A DNA stretch of 64,000 nucleotides, from assembly GCF_036321535.1 (NCBI RefSeq), contig NC_087472.1, forward strand, positions 91,700,001 through 91,764,000, written 5' to 3'. Shown piece by piece: positions 52,517 to 64,000 of the stretch (its first letter is position 1; each line of letters begins with the position of its first letter). The DNA is from Camelus dromedarius (lineage: Eukaryota). The notes under the pieces are model-generated. The model did not search any database. It was not told the DNA's origin and worked only from the letters and a program-made list of their open reading frames with translations. Position numbers and translations under genes: made by a program.

Positions 52517-55427
52517 ATCATTTTTCTCCTCTATCCGAAAGGGAAAAAGTCAGAGAATATTTTACTTTGGAAAGAAAATACTGAGGAAAAAAATGTCTAA
52601 AGAGCTCACTCACTTCCGGAACATGCTAAAAATCTAAATGCTGATAAACCTTTCAATCCACAGTACTGCCTTTCCCCATCAAGAGAAGATGAAACCCACA
52701 GGAAACAGGGACGTGAGTCAGCATACAGTTCTACAGGTCCTCTGTGAAAATATAAAGTACCTGTTACCTGAGTGGGATCTCTCTTTATAGAACAGTGAGT
52801 TTTTTCCGAGACCCAGACAAAACTGTTGTTTGTTGTTTTGCTCGAGGTCTGAATCCACTCAGTAATCTTCAAAATCACTAAAAATATTAACATAAGGCTT
52901 TATGCTATTATTCAATGGCGTATTCAGTGATCTGTGATACCTGGTGATCTTTGCCCCCACTCAGGAAACTAGAAAATAGAGCATTTGTCTACATCCCAAA
53001 AAGTGGATGCTGCAAGATGAGCTGAGAACTTTTAATAAGGGTATTCATGGCAGAAAGATTATATAATGGTTCAGAGCAAGGCTATCCACTCCAAGATTAG
53101 AAAAGATACTCCAGATTAATGAGACTGCAGAAAATCTCTAGAAAACATTGACTGAATATAGTCAGTGTGGATCCCTCAGAAAGGTTAGACTTGAGCCATA
53201 CAGTTCTACCAAGTTCAGCCTCATCTTGAAGGTGGGGAGTGAAGGGAAATCCTGATAAATTAGAGATACAAGAACGTAAGAAACCTGGACTCCCTTTTCC
53301 TGGATACTCTGGAGACTCAGCAAGCTTAAAGAGATTTAGAAATGTCTGCACTGGGTGTCTAGGCCAATGGGACTGAGAGCTCACAGAGTAAGTGCACCCA
53401 AAGGTGGAAAAGAACAAGAAGAAAATTTCCATGCATCCACAGTGGCTTAAAAAGAACCAAACTGAAGGTGGCTTGTACTTGGGAGTAGAACTTGGCTATG
53501 ACTCATGGGGATCAATGAACAGATAGGAACAAGGACAACTTGGAAGATGCCAATGTGCACAGACTACTCAGGCCAAAGTCCCTCTCCTATGTCTCAGCAA
53601 TATATAATCTCCGTGTAATTAGATTAAACCCTGAAGGAAAAGCAGGGATATGGGGAAGAAAGTGAATAAATTAAGATAAATACCACTACCCAGTAGAAAT
53701 AAGTAAAACAAATAGGAATAAAGTTCTTCTACCTTTCCAGCACACCTCAACAAACAGACTCAGATTTTTACCTGCCACACCAGCTCCATCGCAAAACAGA
53801 TTAGTTTTGTAAAGCTGCAAAATAATAATCATCAGCTGCACATACATTCACGTCCTTATTTCTAGCCCAGAAAAGAGGTCTTTTTATATTGATATCAAAT
53901 TAGGGTAACTTTATGGAAAAAAATTTTAACAATAATTTTGAAATATAAGACTTTCCTAGTTCTGTGTATTAATAATGCCAAAGTATGCACAATTAATTTA
54001 CAAAGTCTGCATCTCTCAAATTATGTTGCAGCATATCTTAAAGAGATGTAGATGTAACTGCTTGGTTTCCCATTCATAGATCCAGATTTTTACAAAGAAT
54101 AAGAACTTTGCTGTAGTTAGTGTGCAAAGAGTTTGCAGTTATAGTAACAGATATGGGGGTTATTACAAAAGTTTTTAGCAGATACAACTGACTGAAAGAA
54201 TGACTTCAGTAGGCCTCTATTCCAATTTGGGGTGGGATTTAATATAGCCAAATTCCCAAAGACTACATTACTTTGCTCACCTCCATTTTATGTCTGCTTC
54301 CTTCATAACACACATTCAAAGAGCTGTGTCCTTTCCATCAGAGTAACTATTCAGTGAATATCTGCACCGTACACTAGGCTCTAATTCTACTGAAGCAGGA
54401 GCCTTGTCTGATTTAACTCATGCTGGTAACTCCAAGCCTAAGATAGTTAACATTTGCCAAATGAGTTGGTATATTCATTAACTGTTCATCTTACCAGTTT
54501 CCTTTTTAAGTACAGTACTCGGTAAGAAATTACTCTCCCTCCACTTGTCTCCCCATTCTCTGCTCTTCTATTCTCGTGGAACAGATGTAATGATACCAAA
54601 CTAATTCCACAAACCTTTCGTTTTTCTGACTCATTTTCTTTCCTCTGGGCTAAGAAGCCAGAATAATCAGAATAAGATGAATGTCTTGTGTCTGTGTCAA
54701 TGCCAGTTATAAGTCTCTGAAAGCATTCTCATCTCTGATTGCTCTCTCAGGTGTCTTATTAATACGGCCATTTGGTGATGACACCTATGATGGAGTTCTG
54801 AACTTTAATGGTCATCTCAAGGTTGTGCAGCAGGGTACACACTCGACAGCATGTCTTAGAAAAGGACAAGAGTTCCCCAGGGTCCAGATCTGATATTCAA
54901 AATTACTTCTGTCTGGCTGGCTAATGAGGTAAGAACAGATCCATCCATACTGATACACTATAACCTCTTTATGGTAGTGTGTCTACAGAAATTGCTCCCA
55001 CAGTGAACTCCTTATAACAGTGCAGTGGAAGAGGCTGTGACAGCATCTATACAATGCTAAAAACAGCCGTTTGAAAAGTGTGAAACACACAGCAATATCC
55101 TGAAGAATCAAAGACACATTTCTCTGATTTCCTAAATGTAGTAATAAATAACATGGAAATACTAGAGGACCTGGATTGAGCTGGTTGGTCAGTTCAGGCA
55201 TAAAACAAAACAAAAACAAAAAAACTCAATTTGGCTGTTTTGTTTTTCTTACTAAATTGCTGAAATGCGCCAGATGTCTAGGTGTCAAGTAACAATGTAC
55301 TTTCTAAAAGGTTTGCAATTATATTCTAAGCCCCATTCCTCTGAGGTCTTTCTCTTTTCTTTAATGGAGTTGATCAGCTGTTTGCTGAAATGACCAAAAT
55401 GACTGACTAGGTGTTGTAGAAGTGAAT

Positions 55428-55447
55428 ACACACACACACACACACAC
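55428..55447. repeat. (AC)10 microsatellite
   Basis: Directly visible. Confidence 0.9.
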
Positions 55448-57159
55448 CTGAATACATATGTTAATGTTTACCTCCTCTATTTTTTATATATGTCTCTCTA
55501 TATGTGTATCTACATATAATCTCCCCAGAAAAGATTTGTGATTTAATTACTAGCCCCATGCCTTCCTTGCAATTACCTCCAGGCTGCTAAAGATTCCATC
55601 AGGAATTTTTATGATCCCTGTGTGGACCATTTAGGGAACACAACTGTGGCCTTTTAAACAGCTCACTTCACTGCTCCCTAGCAACTTTAGCCTGTGCAAG
55701 GCAAAGCTTTGAAAGGCAGCTGGGCAACACCGTCTTCATTCCAAGTGTTAATGTGATATCTGCATAATTTAATCTCCTCCTTCTAAATACCAAACCCTGT
55801 TTCCAGAAGTTAATTGGTTTTCTTTCCTTTTTGCTTTTTTTTTTTTTTCCAATTTAGATATATTAACAGATTTTGTTTGCATTTTAATTTTCTGAGTTTT
55901 GGCAAGGTCCACATTTCAATTATAATTATTTGGGCTCACCATGGGATTTATATATTTTAAAGATTACATTAATTAGCTCTCAAGCAAAAAATAAATTTTA
56001 TTCCTCATCAAGAGTATTATCAGCAAGCAAGCATATCCAAATGACTTTCAGGCAGCTTCAGGGCATTAGTAATTTAGAGAACAGTCACGACCATTGTGTT
56101 TTTTATTAAGGACCAATTGTATTGGTGTTAATTTACTTAATTTGTAGGACCAAAGATGATTTAGACCTAAATATGCAGATACACAGCCTCTCTATCACCT
56201 TCTCTCGACCACACACACACTTACTCTTGGGAATAATTGGTTCTAGCTCTATAATGGTTGTAAGCCATTATTTTGAAGCTAAACAGTCATTATGATAAAA
56301 ATGGGATAACTCTAACCGGCTAATATAGAAAACACTTGAACTCTAGCTCTGAAGTCCTTCTCCCAACCCCATCATTTGGGGCTTTCTGGAGTAGATCTCA
56401 GGAGTATTCATAGGCATCAATGTGGTCTTCTCCATGGCAACATAGAAGTATCTTTTCCCTACAGTAATGTCTGCTGCTGAGACCTCCCAGAATGCCCTTC
56501 CCTCCCTCAGCTGCAGCTGTCCCGTGACTGTTGCCACCACCCTCCTGCTGCCAGCACCAACAGCCATGCCTTATTGTCTATGCTCTGTGTTGCCTGGCTG
56601 CCACACCTGCTAATATGCCCCTAGCCCTGGAGAAATGGTGGGGACTGTGGATACTGGGCAGTGTTGAGGTGTGACCCCACTGCTGGTGCAGGAGGGATCC
56701 TTCCCAACCTCTAACTTTGTGGCATGCTTTATTACCAAGTAGTGCGCCCTGTGCTCCGGATGTCTGAAATTTTTGTGAGAAAACTATCTTTTCAGATTTT
56801 ATCAGTGGAATTTCTCTCCACTAGGGTTCCTATGTCTATTCATAGGAAGCAATATACACTGTGCTCTGACCAATACCAATACCAATACCACCTTTCACTC
56901 TAATAGTAGGAACACCTATAGTGGAGCAAGCTTCTTTTTTGCTCTCCTTAAGACCTGCTGTTTCCCATGAGGCACCTGAGTGCCTCATAGAAATAGACCT
57001 CTAAGGACCTGGATCCTGAATACCCTGATGCCATTCCAGAATGACAAAGCCAGCAGACCTGGCTCAAGGTATAACCTGTTCTGCAATAGAGAAACTGTGC
57101 AGTATGAAAACTATGTGTGTATATATGTGTGTTTATGCAACATATCAGTGTGAGAGGTA

Positions 57160-57392
57160 GGTACAGTATAGTGGTTCAAAGCGTGAATTCTGGAGCCAGA
57201 CCACATGGACCCAAATCCTAGCTCTGTCTACGTGCTAGCTCTGTGGACCTAACTAGTCACTTAGCCTTTCTATGCCTCATGATTCTCATCTTTAAAACTG
57301 TGAATAATGAAAGTACCCTCTTTCCAGGGTTATCATGTGATTAGACAATTTAATTCACGTAAAGTCCTTAGAATAGTACTTGGCGCATAAAA
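57160..57392 (+). mobile_element. MIR SINE
   Basis: AGTATAGTGGTTCAAAGCGTGAATTCTGGAGCCAGAC..CAAATCCTAGCTCTG..GTCACTTAGCCTTTCTATGCCTCA..CTCATCTTTAAAA..GTAAAGTCCTTAGAATAGTACTTGGCGCATA. Confidence 0.85.
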
Positions 57393-58017
57393 CAGTAATG
57401 GCTCTCTCTGAGTGGTGCAATTATTCATTTTGGCTCTCTAGGTGATGGGGATACAGCTGTGACTAAAATATACAATGACCTTGACCTCATGGGGGGACAG
57501 GACAATAAACATATATAATCGCAGGAAGGAATAAATGCAGCAAAACAAAAACTGAAGAAAGAAGAAAAAGGGTACTACGTGTTTAAGGGATAATTTTTAA
57601 GCCATTGTCAATAAGAGTGTCATATTTTTGTTTTAAAAGAAGCAACTGTTTTTGCTTCACGTTACCATTTTTAAAACTAACTGCGTTTGAAAATATAGAT
57701 AAAACCTAGCTAAGAAGTAGTTTTAGTTTCGTTAGTTCATCCTAGAAAAGTACTGGTCCAGCAAACACACTGTTGTTTTCGTGTAGTTCACATAGCACAG
57801 AGAACCAGCTCGGAAATGCTCACAGTGTTTTTAGGAAGGTTGGGGATTTTTATGTGGCATTCCATATTTATTTGCTCTTTTACCTATGTTTTCTTGAAAA
57901 TGTTTCTGCTTCTATTGAAGATTCAAAGCACAGGACTGAGACCAGAAACCATCTGCTTATATACTTAGACACTGAAAACTGAAACCACTTATCCCCATAC
58001 AACTTACTGTCTCCATT

Positions 58018-58222
58018 AGGGGTCAGCAAACTACAGCCCACCAGGCCAAGTCTTGCTCCCTGTTTATTTTTGTAAATAAAGTTCGGAACACAGCCATGCT
58101 CGGTTATTTCCGTTTTATCTGTGACTCTTTTTGCACAGCAACAGAGTCGAGCCATTGCAACGGAGATCCTATGGCCCAAAGCCTAAACGTTCTCACTATC
58201 TGGCCCTCTCCAGACTTTGCCA
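58018..58222. mobile_element. hAT-Charlie MITE MER58A
   Basis: AGGGGTCAGCAAACTACAGCCC..TTTGTAAATAAAGTT..GGAACACAGCCATGCTC..TGGCCCAAAGCCTAAA..ACTATCTGGCCCT. Confidence 0.85.
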
Positions 58223-58269
58223 AAAGCCTATCGAGAGGCGAAACAGCAGTTGAGAACCACTCATGTGCT

Positions 58270-58682
58270 TCACTAACAATCACTGGCACGCTACTTCTTA
58301 GTTGTCTACATTAGCAGAACTTTATTATTCTAGAAGACTCTTGCCTAGGCAAATAATTATATTGTTCATTACAGGACTTTCCAAAGGCCCATCAACTCTT
58401 CAATAGAAAACATGAACAATTTGTATCCTCACTTTGCTGTGCCCCCAATCTTAAACAAATATATCATGATCTTCGCTTAATCCAAAGTAAACCTCCACAC
58501 CAAAAAACCATCTTAAACCGAACTTCAAATGCTTAACAAAAATCTAACGTAGTCCTTCTCTCTCTGAGATAAGATCAAGTTCTGTTAAGGCGGCGATCTC
58601 CATTACCATGGTCAGCAGTACATTTAGATCTGTCTTATCGACAGGTTGTATTTAGTGATATTTGGAGTGCCAGCATTCGATA
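58270..58682 (+). mobile_element. Probable old ERV1 LTR remnant
   Basis: The ending CTTATCGACAGGTTGTATTTAGTGATATTTGGAGTGCCAGCATTCGA resembles recalled MER110/MER92-like LTR 3' ends. Confidence 0.4.
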
Positions 58683-61600
58683 GTATGTAGAAAGATTTCA
58701 AATTTCAATGTCTTACATATATAAAAAGGACTTTTCTTAAATTACTTGATTTCTATTCAGGCAATTATACTTAAGGCATCCTTTTCACTTACTAAACACT
58801 GTGTTGAATCTAAACTATTTCTTTCACATTTTAGATTTTTAATTACCTCTGTCCTCACTGCTTTTAGATTTAGAATAAATCTAGAAAAAAATACAGATAC
58901 TATATTCCCAAATGCAATATTTTAATGTTATTGGATTTCCCCAACGAAGTATAATTAAACATATTTGAGAGTCAGTTATCAGCATATTGAATTGGCATCC
59001 ACCCTAACAAAGAGGGAATTGCTGAGTTCTACTTAAGAAAACTGCCTTCTGCTTGAGTAAATAAAAAGGCAAGAAATACTTTAAGTGATTGGGAAAACTT
59101 ACCATTTGCCTGAATAAAAAATAATGACTCAAACTGGCCAAACTGGATAAAAATAACTTGGTTTTTTAATCTACCTGAAGCCAAATAATAAGCCTGAGTG
59201 TTTTTCTCAGTTTCCTACCAGTTGTTGTAGATGGAGCTTTATGAAATGCATTCTATGCTTTATTCGCTGCTCAATCCTCAAAGTAAAGAATTTCTTCCAC
59301 GTAGGTGTTCAATAAATGTTTGTTAAATAAAATAATAAAGTAACGTATTCTCTATATAAATGGAAATAAATGAAATCATTTCTGAGAACTTGCTTATAGG
59401 TCACAGCCCTCATCTCAACTTCAATTGCATTAACATCTAAAATCTTTAGGCTTCCTATGAAGACTGCCTGCTCTGATGGGATGTGTTCCTGACTGCTTGC
59501 TTTTCAGAAGTTTTCTTACAACTCTGCAGAGTCATCCTTTCCAGTTAACAACTTTCATTCCTTTGTCCTTAGTACCCAAACCCCAACTAGAGCTCTTGAT
59601 TAGGGAGATGCATTTAGTGCCTTGATAGTGAAGAAACAGTAAGATCTCTGCTTCATCTCAGGATGCCGAAAGCCATGAAAGAACAATGATTCTACCCTAA
59701 CAATGAGAAAAAGTGAATAATTTGCAAAGTCATAAATTTTTGAGCCCCTTGGAGAGTGGACAACAAGATGAACTTAATTCCAAAGGGTGGCAAACCTCTC
59801 TGAGGAGGGAAAGGGGAACCAACATTGTTCTACCTTTGACAGAACATGGGAGGAAGAGTTGGCTTTCAATAAAGCTGGTAAGAAGAAAACACGAAAGTTT
59901 AATAAATTCTTACATGCTGAGTATGTGTGAATGGGATAGGTCATAATCCTTGGGAATGGCATACACAAGGTGAGTCTGCACCCACTTGCCAACACTTTGT
60001 GAACATTCCCCAGAACGTGCAAGGAAAATCGGGGTCAGGCATGAGCTCTGTGATTCTCTTCCTGGTAGAGCCACGCAGGACCTGCCAACATTTGAAGTTT
60101 GAGCAAAAGTACCCAGAGAAGCCTATCTGTGTTCCTCCTAGGACTTGCATGCCTCTGAAGTGATGAGCAGCTGCTACTCTGTCATAGACACAAAACCTGA
60201 CAAACATGCCCACACCTAGAACTCATCTCTGACAGGAAGCAAAGGCATCTGCTAATGAGAAGGGCAGGAAACCTGCCCACATCTGGAATCCGACAATACT
60301 TCATTAGGAAAGGCTACCTGCCACCAGGGAAGAAGAAGGAAAGTGTCCCACTCCACAGTGGACAAAGTTTGGCTGCTGCTGGCTGAGGAACAGAAAACCC
60401 ACTCTCCCAATCGTGCACTGACACTATTCCAAAGCCACCTGCCAATGGGAGAAGGACAGGAAATCTGCTCGTGTGCAAGAATTTACACTGACAGCAGGCC
60501 ACTGACTCCCACTGCTGGGAGAAGGGCAGGAAACTCATTCATGCTCAAGATGCCACAGATCTTGCCGATACAGAGCTGATGTATAGGGCATTACAGATGC
60601 TGCACTGAGTGGGGGGAAGAGATGGCCGGCCACTAGAGGAGGGCTCAAGCACAAGAAGATCCACTTCTGAAGCTGAGTTACACAGGGCATGCCTAAGACT
60701 GAGGTTGTAGAAGGAAAAAGGCAAATTCCCCTTATATTCACAAGTCTTGCACTAAGTAACAGCCTACCACTGTGGAGAGGGGCAACAGTACACAGAAACA
60801 CACCCTTCTGTGTCACAAGCATGCAGAGCTAGCTGAAAGCAAAGAGGGGAGGAGACACACTGAGAGAAACCTTAGAGCAGTAAAGGCATCACACTAAGCA
60901 GAAAATGGAAGCAGTGGTCCCCTGAAGGAATAAGTGAGTTGCTTCCAAAGAATGTAAGAAGGGGAAAATACTAACGTTGCAGGGGAGAAAGCTGGCAGAT
61001 CTCACCTCAACCAAGAGGTCAAGGTCAGCATCACCAGTGATGTCATGTGGAGAGCATGGAGCCCCTGATATGAAGTGATGAGAGGAGCACATACCTCTGT
61101 GGTCCTCTTCCTCCAAACCCATAACCCCGTCATTAGAGGAGAAAACTTCAGACAAACCTAAATTGCGAGATATTCAACAAAATTCTTGACCAATATCCTT
61201 TTAAAAATGTGTAGATAATGAAAAACAAGGAAAGACAGAAACTTTTATAGACATGAGGAGACTACAAAGACATGGTGACTAATGTAACACAGTCCCCTTG
61301 ATTGGATCCTGGCACAGGAAAAGGACATGAGTAGAAAAATGGTGGTGTTTAGTTAATAGTCTCAATGTTAATATTTTACTTTTGACAAATGTACCATTGG
61401 TGTGTAAGATAATAACATTAGGGGAAGCTAGGTGAAGTATACACGGGAACTCTCTGCACTATATTTACAACTTTTCTATAAAGTTGTTCCCAAATAAAAA
61501 GGTTTTAATGTTAAAAATGGAAAGAAATAGAAATAAAGTAACCAAATTGAAGCACAAGGAGAAAAACAAGAAAAATACAACAGTGTGTACAAAAGCTGTG

Positions 61601-61693
61601 GGAAATCATCAGAAATAAAAGAGGGACAATAGAGCAGAAGAAATATTTGAAGATACAATGACTATTTCCCAAAACTGAATAAAAGACAAACCA

Positions 61694-61807
61694 GGGGGAG
61701 GGTATAGCTCAGTGGTAGAGTGCGTGTTTAGCATGCACGAAATCCTGAGTTCAATCCCCAGTACCTCCATCAAAAATAAATAAATAAACCTAGTTACCCC
61801 CCCCCCC
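61694..61807 (+). mobile_element. tRNA-Ala-derived camelid SINE (vic-1 type)
   Basis: GGGGGAGGGTATAGCTCAGTGGTAGAGTGCGTGTTTAGCATGCACGAAATCCTGAGTTCAATCCCCAGTACCTCCA plus an AAATAAATAAACCTAGTTACCCC tail. TSD AAAAGACA(ACA)AACCA. Confidence 0.92.
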
Positions 61808-63723
61808 AAAAGACAACAAACCACAGATTCAAGAAGCTCAGAGAATCCCAAGCATAATAAAGTTAAGGAAAACAACCTAAGCATATCAGAGTCAAACTAA
61901 AAAGCAAAAGTAAAAAAAATCTTGAAGTATTCAAAGAAAAACAGTATGTTTAGCAGGTCATAGCTAAGAATGAAAGCAGACTTCTCATCATGAAAATAAC
62001 ATATAATGATATCTTTAAAGTACTTAATGGAAAAAACAAACAAACAGAAACCCAAACACAGGACCTTAAAATTCTATGAATGGTGAAAACATCATTCAAA
62101 AATAAAAGTGAAATAGGTTTTTTGAGACAAAAGAAAAAGCTAAGAGATCATATTGCCAGAAGACATATGCTTCAGACATTGAACAGTAACAGGGGGTATC
62201 TGAACAACTCTATTCCAATAAATTTGACAACTTAGATAAACTGGACAAAATCACTCCAATGGCACAAAATACCATCTCTCACTGAAGAAGAAATAGATAA
62301 CCTGAATAACCCTATATCTATTAAAATTGAAGTTTTAGTCAGAAACCTTTCTGCAAGAAAACTCTAGGTTCACATGGCCACACTAATGAACTCTACCAAA
62401 CACTGAAGGTAAAATGTGAGGGGGAGGGCAAGGGGGAGGTGGGACCTCACTTTTGACACTAGAATTACCATGATATTAACACCTAACAAAGATGTTACAA
62501 GAAAGGAAACTGTAGACCAATACTGTTCCTAACATAAATGCAAAATCCCTAATACAATACTGGGAAATCAATTTGTACAGCATATGAAGTAGATATTATA
62601 TCATGAACAAATAGGCTTTCTTCCAAGAAACTCAAGTTTCAACATTCAAAAACCAATGTATTTTGCCACATTAACAGACTAAAATGCATACCATATGAAA
62701 AATCATTTGACAAAATTCAACACTGATTCATGAGAAAATTCTCATTAATTTGAAAATAAAATGTAATTTCCTCAGCCTAACGAAGGGATTCTACAAGCAT
62801 AGCTAACATCGTACGTAATAGTGAATTAGAAACAAGTCAAGAGTATATGTTCTCACCTTTTCAATTCAATATTAACTGGAATTTCTAGCTAGCACAATAA
62901 GGCAAAGGAAAAAAAGGTATTTGGATCGGAAAGTAAGAAGTATAACTGCTTTTATTATCAGATGTCATGATTATCTACAAAGACTGTCTTCAGGAATCTA
63001 CCCAAAAAATGATTAGAGAAGTGAGCTTCACAAAGCCACAGGAGAAAAGGTCAGCATACAAAAGTCAAATGTATGTTTATGACCTAGGACAGCCGAAATG
63101 TTTTGTAAAATACAAAATTAGAGTACTTATGCTACCTATACAGCTATGTGTCAGTGTCACACTGACATAAGGATAAACACACAGATCAATGCAGCAGGAT
63201 AGTACAGAAACAGACTCACTTATAAATGGTAAGTTTAATTTTTGACAAAGGTGCAAAAGTAATGCAATGGGGCAAGTAATTTTAAAAACTGTGTTCACTA
63301 CACTTAAAATGTGTGAGTCCAATAAGAACTTAAACAATGAATCTTCTATGAGAAAACATAGGAGAGAATCTTTGACCTTGGGTTATTAAATACTTCCTAG
63401 ACAAGACAAAGAACTTATAGAGATTTATCAAAAAAATGTTTAAAATCTTGTATTTCAAAACACAAGACAAAGACTAGGAGAAAATACTTGCAAAACATGT
63501 ATCTGATAAAACTCTTGTATACAGAATATATAAAGAACACTTGTAGCTCAATAACAAAAAGACAAAATACTCAGTTAAAAAATAGTCAAGATATTTGAAC
63601 ATTTCATTAAAGGAAATATATGAATGGCCAATAAGCAAATGCAAAGATGTTCAACATACTTAGTCAACATGGAAATGTAAATTAAGACACTACTATATAT
63701 CCACTAGAATGGCTAAAATTTTT

Positions 63724-63827
63724 ATTTATTTATTTATTTATTTATTTATTATTTATTGAGTTATTTATTGAGTTATAGTCAGTTTACAATGTTGTGTCAA
63801 TTTCCAGTGTAGAGCACAATTTTTCAA
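63724..63827 (-). mobile_element. Extremely 5'-truncated young L1 (about 100 bp) with (TTTA)n tail
   Basis: TTGAGTTATAGTCAGTTTACAATGTTGTGTCAATTTCCAGTGTAGAGCACAATTTTTCA matches the 3' end of the L1 at 43764. 19-bp TSD TAGAATGGCTAAAATTTTT at 63705-63723 and 63828-63846. Confidence 0.9.
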
Positions 63828-64000
63828 TAGAATGGCTAAAATTTTTTTTAAATGAAAGAAAAGAAAACTAATGAGCATTGGTAAGAATGTGGGAAAACTG
63901 TAATATTGTTAGAATGCAAAATGATAAGTCTCACTAAGAAACAAAACTACCACACCAGGCCTTCGAAATAATGCACTAAAATGTGACTATGAATCTGCAG

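Larger units (their letters stand above)
59650..63960 (+). mobile_element. Large degenerate old L1 (5'UTR, ORF1/ORF2 remnants) with a nested L1MC/MD-type 3' end (about 60900-61510), a SINE and a tiny young L1
   Basis: CAGATTCAAGAAGCTCAGAGAATCCCAAGCA (ORF1), AATAAATTTGACAACTTAGATAAACTGGACAAA and CATTTGACAAAATTCAACAC (ORF2), and CCTCAACCAAGAGGTCAAGGTCAGCATCACCAGTGAT (L1MC/MD 3'UTR). Confidence 0.8.

Noticed and set aside
52768..52877. Minus-strand open exon candidate (ILKITEWIQTSS...RDPTQ)
   Set aside because: Weak acceptor, moderate donor, no recognisable protein and no supported neighbouring coding exons.
56869..56890. Tandem ACCAAT repeats as a CCAAT promoter
   Set aside because: Short slippage-type hexamer repeat with no other promoter evidence.
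60627..60645. CTCF-like CCACTAGAGGAGG
   Set aside because: Deviates from the core consensus and lies within old L1 5' sequence.
1..64000. Window begins GTAAGA and ends CTGCAG, as if it were one intron
   Set aside because: The 3' end has no polypyrimidine tract and lies next to L1 sequence; a fixed-size window makes this likely coincidence.

Overview
AT-rich, repeat-dense mammalian genomic DNA. Two tRNA-Ala-derived SINEs of the vic-1 type and a recurring young L1 subfamily point to a camelid (alpaca/camel); this is inferred from recalled repeat consensus sequences. No intact multi-exon protein-coding gene can be supported, and most listed ORFs are L1/LTR fragments or chance ORFs. The main non-repeat feature is an intronless, minus-strand cTAGE5/MIA2 (TANGO1-family) retrocopy at 16504-17244. 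Its 247 codons lie in one frame with no frameshift despite heavy amino-acid divergence, are broken by only two nonsense codons, and are truncated at the 3' end against an old L1. Other points of interest: an ERV1-type solo LTR with a phased CCAAT-box array, two octamers, TATA and polyA signal (38837-39416); several L1 insertions with readable target-site duplications (TSDs), including two candidate 3' transductions and a twin-priming inversion; and a few orphan splice-site-bounded exon candidates, one ending in a KKxx motif. Repeat family names and protein alignments are from memory and need RepeatMasker/BLAST confirmation.
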